Below are positions 24,433 through 36,506 of a stretch of DNA of 64,000 nt, piece after piece (positions within the stretch are counted from its first letter, which is position 1; each line of letters starts with the position of its first letter). Origin of the DNA: Blepharisma stoltei ATCC 30299 (Eukaryota > Protista > Ciliophora). A program made the position numbers and the translations under genes. The notes under the pieces are model-generated. The model did not search any database. It was given only the letters and a program-made list of their open reading frames with translations, and was not told the origin of the DNA. The stretch spans positions 248,001-312,000 of the forward strand of contig CBFDEM010000047.1 of the NCBI GenBank assembly GCA_965603825.1. The letters are read 5' to 3'.

Positions 24433-25377
24433 ATGGCATACCATATGAAAGAAATGTTGGACTACGAAAAGGAGAGATGGAAAGAGAAAGGCCCATATTG
24501 GGTATTTGGAATTGCTTTATTTATGTTCTATCCTTTAGTACTCCCAGAATTAATAAAGCCGTTATATGAATTTTTGCTTTCTCACTTCGATGAATGCATT
24601 ACCTTTGTTTTATTGATTCAGATTGTTCATCATGTAAGCTATGCTCTGCATTGTGCAATTCTTATCGTTATAGCTTTGTTGAAGAATCCCAGTTTAGAAA
24701 AATTTAGAGTAAATCCTTCTTCATGGCCTTGGGAAGTGGATATGCCACTTATAAAAAGAAACGCAGTTACCCTATTCGTCAACTTTTTCCTTATCAACCC
24801 TATCGTGGCTTATGTTGGCTATAAGACCGATTTATTCAGTACTCGGTTTGAGACTGTTTATCCTTCTTTTACTGAAGTTCTTTGGCAAATACTGTTTTGT
24901 ATGGTAACTGAAGATATATGGTCATATACATTTCATGCCCTCAACCACTATGGCCCGCTTTATAGGAATATTCATAAAAAGCACCATCAATATAATATCA
25001 CAATAGGTATTTCAGCTGAGTACGCCCATCCAATAGAGTTCATAATGGTCAACATAGCAGCTTTATCAACTGGCGTTATTATACTGAGGAAAAGGATGCA
25101 TTATATTTCCTTTTTATCATATATGTCCTATAGGATTGGAGATACTGTTGACCAGCATGGGGGCTATGAATTTCCTATTTCTCCATTTTCGATATTGCCT
25201 TTTGCAACTACAGCGCATTTTCATGACTATCATCATTCAGCAAATATAGGAAACTACGGCTCTCAATTCGCTATATTGGATGCTATGTTTAATACGTCTC
25301 CAGGCTTTTATAATCATATGAAGAAAAGAAATAAGAAATATGTGAAGAGAGCTCCTCAAGGATCTCATACTGAGTAA
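24433..25377 (+). CDS. fatty-acid hydroxylase/sterol desaturase superfamily (ERG25/SMO-like)
   Basis: His boxes HALNH, IHKKHH, HDYHH; AEYAHPIE, HGGYEFP, GNYGS. Confidence 0.88.
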   Translation: MAYHMKEMLDYEKERWKEKGPYWVFGIALFMFYPLVLPELIKPLYEFLLSHFDECITFVLLIQIVHHVSYALHCAILIVIALLKNPSLEKFRVNPSSWPWEVDMPLIKRNAVTLFVNFFLINPIVAYVGYKTDLFSTRFETVYPSFTEVLWQILFCMVTEDIWSYTFHALNHYGPLYRNIHKKHHQYNITIGISAEYAHPIEFIMVNIAALSTGVIILRKRMHYISFLSYMSYRIGDTVDQHGGYEFPISPFSILPFATTAHFHDYHHSANIGNYGSQFAILDAMFNTSPGFYNHMKKRNKKYVKRAPQGSHTE

Positions 25378-25597
25378 AAATCAATTTAATTAAATAATCT
25401 GTTGAGACCAATCTCTAATTTAGTCAAATTTTATTACTGTTTTAAAGATTTAGAAATTAGTAAAATCATTGAAAAATATAATTTATCAAGCTTATAACCA
25501 TGATAATTTATTAAATAAATGATTTAATACTCCATATATTAATATATCCTCAAAAATCGTTATTTTCATAATATATCATCTAGATGTGCTAATAAAA

Positions 25598-26413
25598 ATG
25601 GAATTCAGCTTCACATTTTCACAGGTTGTTCCAATTATCGTTGCCATTTTAGCGATATTCATCTACTTTTTCGGAAAGAACAGAAACAAATTAATAGCCC
25701 ACAAATGGGCAAACACACTCGAGCCATTTCTTAAAGAAAACTTCACAAATATAGGGGAATTCGCAGGAGCAGAATATTTAAAGTAAGAGCCACACAGACA
25801 ATACACGAACCAAATTTTCAGAATTATGGCATCAGGAAGAAAAAGCTGCCTTTATTTTGTTTCAATTATAGAGCTGACAAGAAGACACAATATCATCTAT
25901 GCGACGATTGGGAGATTTTTTAGCAGTGAAACAGATAGATTTGCTTTTGAAATCGTAGTAAATGTGAATCCTCCATCTCCAGTGATATTTGCTCTATTGA
26001 AAAATATTCACAAGAAGAAAATTTTTAAAGAATATGATGATTTACGTATATTAGCGCAAGAAAGACCAAAATACACTATGCCAAATGGTTTTGTTATTAT
26101 GTCTGAAAATGATGAGAGTGCGAGCTGGATTCTTACTAATGAAATTTTGCACTATATTGAAGTGCTAGCTCCAATTATCGAGATGATTTATATTACTGAT
26201 TTAGAAATTTTGCCAGTGAAAGCGCCGTTAACTTTAAGGTGCAATTTTCTTTTGCCACATAATAGTCAAAATAAAGTAAATAGCCAGCAAATTGAATTGG
26301 CTGGAAAATTTGCTTTGGCACTAGCTGATAGATTAAGTTTGTTTAGAATTAGTAATCAAGCACGGGAGTTATGCTTGAAAAGTAGGTCGAATTTAAGACC
26401 GAAATCTGAATAA
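25598..26413 (+). CDS. CCDC47/PAT-complex-like ER membrane protein
   Basis: TM segment then GKNRNKLIAHKW..LKENF..IG, ASGRKSC, ELTRRHN; needs intron 25783-25797. Confidence 0.72.
25783..25797 (+). other. 15-nt intron GTAAGAGCCACACAG
   Basis: Contains an in-frame TAA; removal fuses two listed ORFs. Confidence 0.88.
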
Positions 26414-26639
26414 TTACATTCTTTTTAAATGACTATTATGTTTTGTTAAAAATCTTTTATTTATTTGTGGATATTTCAGATTAAATTAAGTTATAGATTC
26501 TTTATGCATAGCTTCGAAATAGATTTGTGGAGTGGAAATTATAAAATATCACGATAATATTAGAAAATATAATTTTTTTAAATTAAAAATAAGTTATCAA
26601 AATTGCTAATTCTCTCTATTCTTTTATGAGTTATAATAA

Positions 26640-27523
26640 ATGGTTGCAATTTTTCAAGCATACTTACCTTTTTATTGGACAATGATTTCTGCAGGAGCCG
26701 GTGGCAGCATTGCTAAGCTTTTTACTTTACCATTCGACACTATTAAAGCCCGAATTATGGTTCAAAACTAACTAAGAGGCTCTATAAATTTTTCAGGCCC
26801 TTTAAATTGTGCTGCTTTTATTGTAAAAGAAGAAGGTTTTTCTTCCCTCTGAAGAGGTCTGAAATATGGAATTCAGCGTCAATTTATTTATTGTTCTTTA
26901 CGCCTCGCCACATTTTAAAGTCTGAGTGACTGAGTTAGCTGGTCAACTAAAGAAAATCCTAAATATACCACCTAATTCAGAAAATTTATTTAGGCCTGCT
27001 ATCTGGAGCTCTGCCTCTTTTATTGCACTTCCAACTGATTTGATTAAAATTAGGCTTTCAAGAGATGTAAAAAGCTCACAATTGAGACATAAAGGATTAA
27101 TTAACGAGTGCAGAGAAATGATAAGAGAAGAAGGGCTTAGAGCTTAATAGCTTTATCTTGGCACGATGCTATTTGAAACTCAATAATAAACACAGCACAA
27201 CTAGCAAGTTATTTCCAGATTAAACAGTCTATGCTGAAATTCGGATTTGGAGATGTGCTGTCAACCCATTGCATGTGTGGATTCTCAGCTGGTGCTTGTG
27301 CCACGTTTTTAGTATCGTTAATACATATAGCGAGAGTAAAACGATTTAATGCCAAGCAAGGCCAATATAATTGAATTTGGGAATTTGCATTTAAAACGCT
27401 AAAGAATCATGGTATCTTTATCTTCCATAATGGGCTTGCCACATTGTGAGATTTGGAGCATGGAGCATGGTTATGTTTGCATCTTTTGAAAGTGTGAAAA
27501 GAATTGTTTTACAAAATATGTAA
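26640..27523 (+). pseudogene. mitochondrial carrier (UCP/dicarboxylate-type) pseudogene
   Basis: PFDTIKARI, EEGFSSLWRGL..GIQRQ, LPTDLIKIRL, NTAQLASYFQIKQ. Interrupted by several TAA/TAG codons and frameshifts with no intron-like boundaries. Confidence 0.8.
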
Positions 27524-28626
27524 AGGACTGAGAATTTTAAACATTAGAACCAAATTAGATAAATAATTCAGTTAATTGCAGAAATTATAATAAGTCAATA
27601 TCAAGTTTTATTAAAATTTAATCATTCTACAATTAAATAAAGAAGTTACATTTTATTATGAAAATCAATTACCAAATTTTTAAGAAGCACTTTTTCTGTG
27701 ATTAGTATTCTGATAGCAGATATATCATTGAGTTTTTAAGTCTAACTATCATTACAAAAAGCAGCATCTTCTGAGTAACAGACTGTCAGACTTTACATTA
27801 GAAATTCCTAAAAGGAAGAATAGAAGCTTATGCCTGCACATATATATCACACAAATATGGTATTTATTGAAAACTCCTCGAATTATTAAATTACTAGTGC
27901 TTTCACTCTATGATCAGCTGAAATTAAGGCTTATGATAGAGTGCAAAAGGATGAGGAATTTTTTAGACTTTAATGTAAAATCAAAAGAATGTAGAGGAGG
28001 ATATAAAACTTTGGAAGCAATACTAAATAAAGCATGAACGATGTAATGATGATATATATAATTCCTTGGAGAAACATATTGACTAAATTAAATAGCATAG
28101 GAATAAATTTCAATAATATTGAGCTAAATTCTTTTTGAATAATGCATTTAAGATAATCTTCTAGCTTTATGATCCATCAACAAAATAAGTAAGGGAAGAT
28201 GAAGGATGAATCTTCTTTTACTGCTTTCAAAATAAATAGCGGCATAATTAATGCTACCATCACAAGCAGTCATTCTTAGATTAAGATTATTTACTATTGC
28301 TTTCATACATATTTTGCTTAATGCTCACGAATGCACTTACCTTACAAATAAAAAGAAATTCCAATAATTTTCTTTTTTAAATTCCATTTCAAATATTAAT
28401 TCTCAAATTCCCCAATATTTTCCTTATTTAATTAATTGAAGTGTTAAATGGTATAATACTCATAAATGTCTAACAATATAAAAATATTTAAATTTTTTTA
28501 CCCTAAAACAAGTAAATCGCTTTAATTTTCTAGTTTTGAAAGATCCTATTTTCCGAAAGAGTTGCTCCATGCCTTCTTTTCTTTCAGATGCTGCCGTCTT
28601 TACTGATCTTGTAAAATATTGCAAAT

Positions 28627-30774
28627 ATGAAGAGCCTAAAAGACGTCATTCAATCTCTTAATAAATCCAGCAATTCTTATGCGCAGCATTGGCACTTGCT
28701 ATTTAAAAATCCGTCAAATGAAAAGCGGTTTGCAACAGAACTTTTGTCGCATCAGAAAACTTCAATAACTATAATTTACATCTGCACAATTTTTGTAATA
28801 GCTTGATTTTTATCAAGAAAAGAAATAACTTGTCTGCGAGCATTCCTATTATGCCTGTCTGCCATACCATTTCTTCTTGTAAAAATTGAAAGATCATTTA
28901 TCCATAGGATCTTTACCGAAATCATTGCTATGCAATTTATTTTGGCTACGATAAACACTGGCTCAATATGTGAATGTGTATGTGCTTTTATACCAAGTAG
29001 CATTTTGAACTATTATTTCTTGAAAACATGAATATATAGCTTTATCATGAATATTCTTGAGATACTACTCGTTTATTTACTAAGAGATGTAGAAGTTTTT
29101 AATATTCTTTGTGCTGTTTTTTGCCATATTTTTTGAATTGTAATGATAGAAAGAGACATGAAAATCGCTTGAGCACTCTATCACTCACAAAAAGATAAAT
29201 GCAATAAATTCGAGTCATTGCTTCAAGGACCAGAAAATTCCATAATTATTGCAGAATGTGACAGAAAAGGGGGAAACAGTAAAAAAGAAAAAGAAGTGTT
29301 TTCAAAAGTGAAATTGAAAGAAGACCGCTTCAGCATCCATATAGAACTAGCAAGCTTTATTGATGAGATTTTTAATAAAGCCTCCTCTAAAGAAATCACG
29401 ATAATCTATACAAGAGAATCTAGTGTTCCTCCATGCATTTTGGGAGACAAAAGCTTGTATTTGCACATCTTGAGATGCTTGTTTGGATATGCACTTGATT
29501 ATTCGTCATGTGGGACTGAGTTATTATTCCATTTAAAAGGGCCCTCTTCGTACACAGATGAATACGGTATTGAGTTCCAAATTTCTTTTCATTCAGAAAA
29601 AGTAACCCAAGACGGTTTAAATAAAATTTTCCTTAACTCAGAATCACTACTCAAGCCTAAGTTCATAGAAACCCCTTCAAAAATTAATAGTAAACTGCTG
29701 ATTTTCAGTCTGATTTTAGAACTACTCAAAGGTCGGGTTAATCACTGCCTTTATACCTCAAGCAAAAGTAGAGCAGTTTTAAGCGTATTTATTCCAATTA
29801 AGACTTCAGACAAATGAATTGAGACGACCTTCGTACCGACTCACTCCCATCCAGAAATCGCACCAAACAACTCTATCAAATGGAAACCTGAAAAATCAAA
29901 AATCGGGGCAATGACAAGATTTCAGAGAAGGAAATCTCTAACACAAGCACCGGAGTATTTGGAGTATCTTAAAAAATATTCTACTCATGCGGATAATGGC
30001 TACACAATACAGCAAGACGTTATGGAAACTCTTTCAGATGTGTCGAATTCTTCCAGTGCCAATTTTTCTCAAGAATGTGACGAAGACGTCCGAGTAGGTC
30101 CTTGCGGTGTTTCTTATTCTAAGACATATGCAGGCGTGCTATCGACTATTCCTAAATCATCTCTAGTAGTTCCAATGCAGAATTCAAAATCTATGCCAGA
30201 AAGCCCTTGAAAGCATAAAAACGGCTCGCTAAAAGTAAGACGAGTATACGCAAATAGTAAAAATAACTATTCTCCTTTGCCTGACTACAAATTCACAGAC
30301 TCAAGACCTACCTTTTGCTTATTAGCAGAAGATACTAATGAGAATAAGTCTTTAAAGTGTGAAGTAGGGGCCTTCAAAGTGCTCATCGTTGACGACATGG
30401 CTTCACACAGAGAATTTCTTGAAGCGAACCTTGGAGCCATCACACATATAAATGCAGAGCATGCAAAAGATGGGAACGAAGCTTGGAAAATGTATGAGGC
30501 CTACGCAAAGAGTGGATATATGTACAGAGTTATTTTTATGGATTTAATGATGCCGAAGATGGATGGGTACAAATCCACACAAAAAATAAGGGAAATTGAA
30601 AAACAAAATGGGTATCCAAAGACACTGATATGTGGGATGTCAGGAGATAAAGAAGCTAAAGAGAAATGCGTAAATGCAGGAATGGATGAATTTTGTAAGG
30701 GTTATGTAGTGATAAAGCCGCCTCAAATTTCAGAGGTGAAAGCGATCCTTAAGAAAGCTGGAGCAGAGTTTTAG
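28627..30774 (+). CDS. membrane hybrid histidine-kinase-like protein with degenerate kinase core and C-terminal receiver domain
   Basis: One frame with TGA=W from ATG 28627. TM block; HATPase-like ILGDKSLYLHILRCLFGYALDYS; receiver VLIVDD, IFMDLMMPKMDG, GMDEF-LIKP after intron removal. Confidence 0.8.
30695..30709 (+). other. 15-nt in-frame intron GTAAGGGTTATGTAG
   Basis: Removal converts GMDEFCKGYVVIKP to the canonical receiver GMDEFLIKP. Confidence 0.8.
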
Positions 30775-31563
30775 ATACTTTACAATAATATCAGAATGTT
30801 TCTAAATTAATATAAATTTGAAGTTTTAGCAACCTTCAAGAAGGAGCAGCACAGCCTATAATATAATTTAAGTTCTAAATTAATACTTGTTTTAGCTCAT
30901 TTAAACACCGGATCTAATTTTTCATAAGAGATTTTTATTCATAAATTTTCAGATTAGCCATTTCATGAAGCCAATTCATTCTTGTAAATAAAAAATGTTT
31001 GCTAGATCATTCAGGTATCTAGGCCGAGCTAGCTCCTTCCATACACTTAGCAGGCCTATACAAAGATTCCAGATTCGCTCTTACCAGTTTCAGTAAATTC
31101 AATGCAGACTTAACAAAACTAATTACTTAAGCAAGCTTTCGTCAAGTTTATTAATGAATTTAGCTTACTCACAAGATTTTTATCTATTGAGCACAGAAGA
31201 TGTTGAATCTTTACTATCCAAGGTTGAAGAAGAGCAGGTGTAAACTTTATTTAGACTAGGCTTGCGCTTGCTAAGCATTAAATAATAAAGCATCTATTTA
31301 ATTATGGATTTCTGTTTAAATAAACACAAAAGAATAAGTCCCGTATAATATCAAGAGATTTTTTCGTAAACTCGAATAAATTTCCAGAGATCAAAGAATC
31401 TCGGGGATATTTGAAGAGGAATTGAAAACTAAATTAATAATCCGGCAATCATGATTTCTTATTTGAAAGGGTAAACAGATTGATAATTTTAGCTCTATAT
31501 TAAATAAGTTGCTTAGTTTTAGCTAATTTTGCCTTTATAGTTATAATTATAGAACCGATTAAA

Positions 31564-32091
31564 ATGAATCCAGCTTACAATGAAGAAGACCTTCCTGACA
31601 TAAAAGGTTCATCCCCTCTGCCAATAAATATCCCAAAGCAGCCAAGTCAATTAGGCCAACAAATGTGCATAAAATGCTCTAAATCTTATGATAGCACTGT
31701 TTTCAATATTGAATGCCCAAACCATAAATTATGTATTTCCTGCAGAGCACAAAATCCGGATAGATGTCTCTTTTTCGGGTGCAATAGACTTTATAACGAA
31801 AAAGATAAGCAAATAATTTATGCTTACATTAAAAAAATTGATGAAAACTACTTTACATGTGACCTATGTGGAGTAAAGAAGCCAAAATTTATGAGAAAAA
31901 TTAATGATCAGTGTGACTGCAATGTTTGCTTGATGTGCTCTATTGGTGATCCATATGAATGCGCTTATTGCTGTCAAAGATCATCTGAAATCATAATAAG
32001 TGATATCAAAGGAATTGCATGCAGTAATTGCGAAACACTATTAGACAACCCAGAAAAACTGCGCACCCACAATTGCTATGTTGGCCATTAA
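31564..32091 (+). CDS. Cys/His-rich zinc-finger (RING-like) protein
   Basis: Multiple CxxC pairs: CIKC..CPNHKLCISC, CDLC, CDCNVCLMC, CAYC, CSNC. Confidence 0.65.
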   Translation: MNPAYNEEDLPDIKGSSPLPINIPKQPSQLGQQMCIKCSKSYDSTVFNIECPNHKLCISCRAQNPDRCLFFGCNRLYNEKDKQIIYAYIKKIDENYFTCDLCGVKKPKFMRKINDQCDCNVCLMCSIGDPYECAYCCQRSSEIIISDIKGIACSNCETLLDNPEKLRTHNCYVGH

Positions 32092-32191
32092 AATAGTTTT
32101 TAATTAGTTTCCTGTAATTTCTAGTCATTATATTACTATCGAAAATAAGTTAAATTTTCTCAAATATGACGAACTGTATATTTTTTTAATA

Positions 32192-33637
32192 ATGGACTTG
32201 ATTCGACTGGACAAAGAAAGGTAACTTTAAGTCAGGTTTAACTCTCACCTATGTGTAAAGGCAATAAAAGTCTCAATATCTCAGGTATCAACTTATCTTC
32301 TCAGCCTCTCATCTCATCTTTTAAACAAGCCAGGAGTCTCAAATATTGATAAATGCGCAGACCCTCAGTCTCGTCTGATACTTCTTGATGAATCTTTAAG
32401 CAAGCTTTCAACCGAAGAGCTTCCTGATTCTTTGACCTCAAAAATCCTGGATAACTCAGTAGAAATTATTGATCACACCTTAGATTTATCATATGACTCA
32501 TATTCATTCCAAGAAATACTGAGACAGCTTCTTCCAAACACCTTGCCAATTCTCCCAAACTTCGAAACTATAGGAGACCTCGCTTACATTAGGCTAATTC
32601 CTGACTATTCTGAGCATTCAAGACTAATCGGAGAAGTCATTCTCGATAAGAGCGGGAAAAAGTGCGTTGTCGGGATTTTCCAAGATAAAGCTGAGGTGAT
32701 TGCAGGAAGTGGAGACACCAAAGTAAACGCTGCTGAGCATAACCTGCACATAAAATATGACTTCCTTAAAGCGCCGCTGGCTGCTGGCTTGGAAAGTGAA
32801 AGAAATAGACTATTAGAAAAATTTGAAAAAAATTCAGTAATTTGTGACACTTGTGCAGGGGTCGGACATTTAGCACTGCTAGCCGCTCAAAAAGGGTATA
32901 ATGTGATTTCAAATAGTGAAAACGAAGAAAATTATGAGGCTTTAGTGGCCAATGCTATTAATAACCAACTTGACAAAAAAATTTATGCATTTAATCAGAA
33001 GCCCCTTGAGATGCTTGAAAATATAAAAGAATCATGGGCAAGTAACGATGATAAGGAAGCTGAAGAAATTCAAACCCAGATGGTCCATTATCTCTTAAGG
33101 TCACCAGACTTTAATGATTTGCCCCACAAAAAGTTTAATCATCTAATTTTAGAAGTTAAAGATCCTGACTTCCAAGAATTAGAAAAACTCTATGGGTTCT
33201 TTAAAGGTGTTAGCTATGATCCTCTGCCGAATTTGCATTTTTATGTAGAATCATCTGCAGCTGCTCCTAAAGAAGATATCATTGAAAAGCTCTCCAAAGC
33301 TTGGATGCACAAAATCAAAGACTCACAAATCCAAGAAGTTCACTACGTAAGAGACAAGCTCTACTGCATTTCTCTCCAAATCCCTCAAGAAGTCGCCTTT
33401 TCACAAGATGAAATCCTCAGAAGTGAAGGGAGCGTTTCGGAAGAAGAAAATTCTGAAGATCTCAGAGAAACCATGTCAAGACAAATGGACTTTATGCAGC
33501 GTTCTATACGAGAAAGTGAGCTTGTACATACTTCTCTATTGATGTCAAATCTCAATTCCCTTATAATTTCTCAGCAAGGAAAAAGACAACAGAGTATGCC
33601 TGAAAGCCCAACGAAGCGTTTTAGGCCAAATAAATAG
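32192..33637 (+). CDS. TRM5/Met-10+-like tRNA methyltransferase homolog (divergent)
   Basis: LDKERF..VKAIKV, LSYDSYSFQEILRQLLP, FETIGDLAYI, IGEVILDK, LESERNRL, ICDTCAGVG; first exon joined by intron 32221-32235. Confidence 0.8.
32221..32235 (+). other. 15-nt intron GTAACTTTAAGTCAG
   Basis: Contains an in-frame TAA; removal opens a TRM5-like N-terminus from ATG 32192. Confidence 0.88.
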
Positions 33638-33681
33638 GTATAATTAAAAGTCGCCATCTTCAATAAAATATTTACACGTAA

Positions 33682-35730
33682 ATGTTTTATCTTTACTTTT
33701 TCTTTGTTTTAGGATGCTCAGCATTATATGAGAACTGTCCTTATGTGATACATCCTAGTAAAGAAGAGCTCTCAGGGCTGCTAGAAAACCCGGATTATAT
33801 GGCGGTTGATATTATTTATGATAGAAATGGCATGCCATCTAAAGTCCTTTCAAACGTAATTGTTGATGTATTAGACAAGTACCATACTTTTGTTAAGGTC
33901 TATGCATATGACTGTGCAGACGATGAACAATTATGCCCTGAAAATATTAAGGCTGAGCTGCCTATATTTGAAGCTCACGTGCCGGCTGGGCTAAATCCAT
34001 ATACAGGAAAGCCACTTGTGCATAAAAGAAAATTTGAAGGAGAAATTGCATATAAAGAGGTTTCAGACTTTTTATTGACAAACATCCCGTTTTTAGGCGA
34101 AGTGCTAAATAAAGAAAACGAAGATTTCTTGAATGAAAACCAACTGAACCATGCTATTTTGTTTAGCAGCAAAGAAAAAGCTCCACTGATCTTTAAGGCG
34201 CTTTCTTCAGAGTTTAGAGGAAGATTGGAGTTTTGGGTATCTTTGTCAAGTGATCCTGAGTATTCAAAGACGTTTGGGGTTACTGAGTATCCTACACTCA
34301 TGGTAAGGGTTGGGGAAGATATGTATAAGTATACAGGAAAATATGATTTCTTTGAAATCTCGAAATTTTTGGACCAATTTGCTGCAAAGGAGAGGCAAGA
34401 GTTAAAACTGAAAAAGAAAAAGCCGAAGGAAGAAAAGAAAGAGGAGCCTGAAATCCCTCAATTCCCTATTCTAGATTTGGATTCAAATAACTTTAAAGAA
34501 AAACTAGAAGGAGGCAAGCTTGCAATTGTTCATTTCTATAAAGAAAGCCAAGTAACTGAATGGGAAGAAATTAAAAAGAACTACAATGGCGTTGTACTAC
34601 TTGCGAATTTCCAATGCAAAAATGAAGCTGAAGAAGAGTTTGCAAAATCATTAGGCGTCAAAAAGTTCCCATCACTTAGAATATTCCCAATTAACCGCAA
34701 ACGTAAAAGCTTGGAACTTGTTTTCTCCAATCAATACGAGCTTGAATATGAAATTTCCAGAGAGCTAAAAGTCGATATCATTTCACTTTCTGATTCAAAT
34801 ATCAATGCATTTGTCAATCAAGTAGGTGAAGAACAAAAAGTAGGATTATTATACCTAACAGAAACTACCCCAAACCTTCATTTCAAAGGTCTCGCATCTG
34901 ACCCTGCATTTAAAGATTTCGTCAAATTTGGCAGCCTTAATAAACCTCCAGAGCAAGCTAAACAAATTTTCAACCAAAGCAGATATCCTACAATAATCGC
35001 ATTTTCTTCTCCAGATGAAAAAGGAGATTTTAATCTATTAGAATTTACTGGGAATTTAAATGATTATGCAGCTATGAGCTTTTTCTTAGATAAACAGGCT
35101 ATCCCATATATGCTTAAACGAGAGATCAGCCCTACAGTTGATGTAGAGAATGCAGATATCGTAGAATTTAAACACAAAAATTACGAAAAAGCATGCACAA
35201 AGAAAATTGGGATGTGTGTAATAGGCTTTTTTGAAGGTAACCCTGTAAGATTTATATAGGAAAACACTCCCCAATTTTCTGTACTTAAAAAAGTGAGTTT
35301 ATTGATGGAAAAGCGAAAAATCCCTTTCCATTTCGGCTGGGTTGATGGGATTTGCCAGCATGAACTGCGAGAAAGTTTTGGAATCTCAGAAGCAATGATG
35401 CCAAATCTTGCAGTTTATTTCCCACACAAACAAAAATCAGCCAGACTTGTCGGAACTTTCAATGAAGATGATATTAATTCCTTTTTAGAAGGTGTTACAA
35501 GAGGGAAAATCTCAACTGACGACAAAGCCAAAATTAAAGTTATCGATAGAGATTGTGAAGCTTTCCATAATAGTTTAAAGCAGAATACAGAAGAAGGTCA
35601 TGATGAATTAATTGAAGAAGTACTAAAAGAGGAGGAAGAGAAGAAAAAAGCTTTAGGGGTTGAAGAAGGGACTTCAAAGAAAGGAAAGAGGAGAAAAAGA
35701 AAAGGAGTGAGTAAGGCAGATGATTTATAA
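33682..35730 (+). CDS. ER-luminal multi-thioredoxin-fold (PDI-like) protein without CGHC sites
   Basis: Signal peptide; Trx-like segments FGVTEYPTL, LGVKKFPSL, FGWVDG; C-terminal ADDL*; intron 35245-35259. Confidence 0.75.
35245..35259 (+). other. 15-nt intron GTAAGATTTATATAG
   Basis: Terminal TAG is in frame; removal fuses 33682..35259 with 35293..35730. Confidence 0.9.
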
Positions 35731-35749
35731 TGATTAAACTAGGTTAGGA

Positions 35750-36358
35750 CTAAATTTCAAACTTCTTATGATCTTCAAGCAAACTTCCTTTGGGGTCTGG
35801 AAAGAATCTTCGATTTTTCAGCTGCTTTTGGATAGACATGAAAAAACTGAAAAAAAGCACAAATATGAATATGCATTGAAATACAGTAGAGAAATACTCC
35901 CAACTACTTTCTTTGGCTTCTTCTAAATTTATTATCAAGCAGAATTTTTCAGTGCAGCGTTTTAAGCAATTAGGCTCACTTTCAAGATTTTTACAGAAAT
36001 AGCAGCAGAAATTCATACAATTTGAAGCAGTCGCTTCAGATTGAGCTTCTTCACTTTGAACATTATTTAAATCTGTGTCACATGAAAATTGACCAATGCA
36101 TGAAAATTTCAATTCTGGGTTTTTATAGCAAAATTCTAATGAATTGGGGTTGCAACTTAATTCCTGCATGAAATATCGCCTTTCAGCGATTTGTGTTGAT
36201 GGAGAACTCCTATCAGGGGTAGCTATACCACTTAATAAGCTCATAGGGTTTGCATCATAAGTAAATTTTGCATAACATTTATCATTCACCGGCAAATTTT
36301 GTGAATTTGTATGATGTGCGAGTGCAAGCAAAATCTGAAATGCTAAAAATATGTTCAT
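35750..36358 (-). CDS. Cys-rich single-pass membrane protein, unknown function
   Basis: Signal peptide, Cys-rich ectodomain, TM segment VFQCIFIFVLFFSFFM, short basic tail. Confidence 0.65.
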   Translation of the reverse strand: MNIFLAFQILLALAHHTNSQNLPVNDKCYAKFTYDANPMSLLSGIATPDRSSPSTQIAERRYFMQELSCNPNSLEFCYKNPELKFSCIGQFSCDTDLNNVQSEEAQSEATASNCMNFCCYFCKNLESEPNCLKRCTEKFCLIINLEEAKESSWEYFSTVFQCIFIFVLFFSFFMSIQKQLKNRRFFPDPKGSLLEDHKKFEI

Positions 36359-36506
36359 AATAGTGCTATTAGTTTTAAATAATCCACTATGAATACTGAC
36401 AAAATCTTAAATTATATTATTCCTGCGCTATAGCAAACTCTAATTTTGCCTAAATTCATAAAGACTTAGCTAAGCATGGTGCCATTATAATAGCTTATAT
36501 CCACAA

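Noticed and set aside
2342-27523. TAA/TAG=Gln (Tetrahymena-type) or ambiguous stop code, suggested by in-frame TAA/TAG in the VPS4-like and carrier sequences
   Set aside because: Those loci also carry frameshifts and motif damage. In intact genes internal TAA/TAG occur only inside removable 15-nt introns.
30825-31280. SRP-like hairpin (CCTTCAAGAAGGAGCAGC) and coding-looking fragments downstream of the receiver gene
   Set aside because: No CAGG/GNRA helix-8 context and no sustained ORF or recognisable family; at most a decayed remnant.
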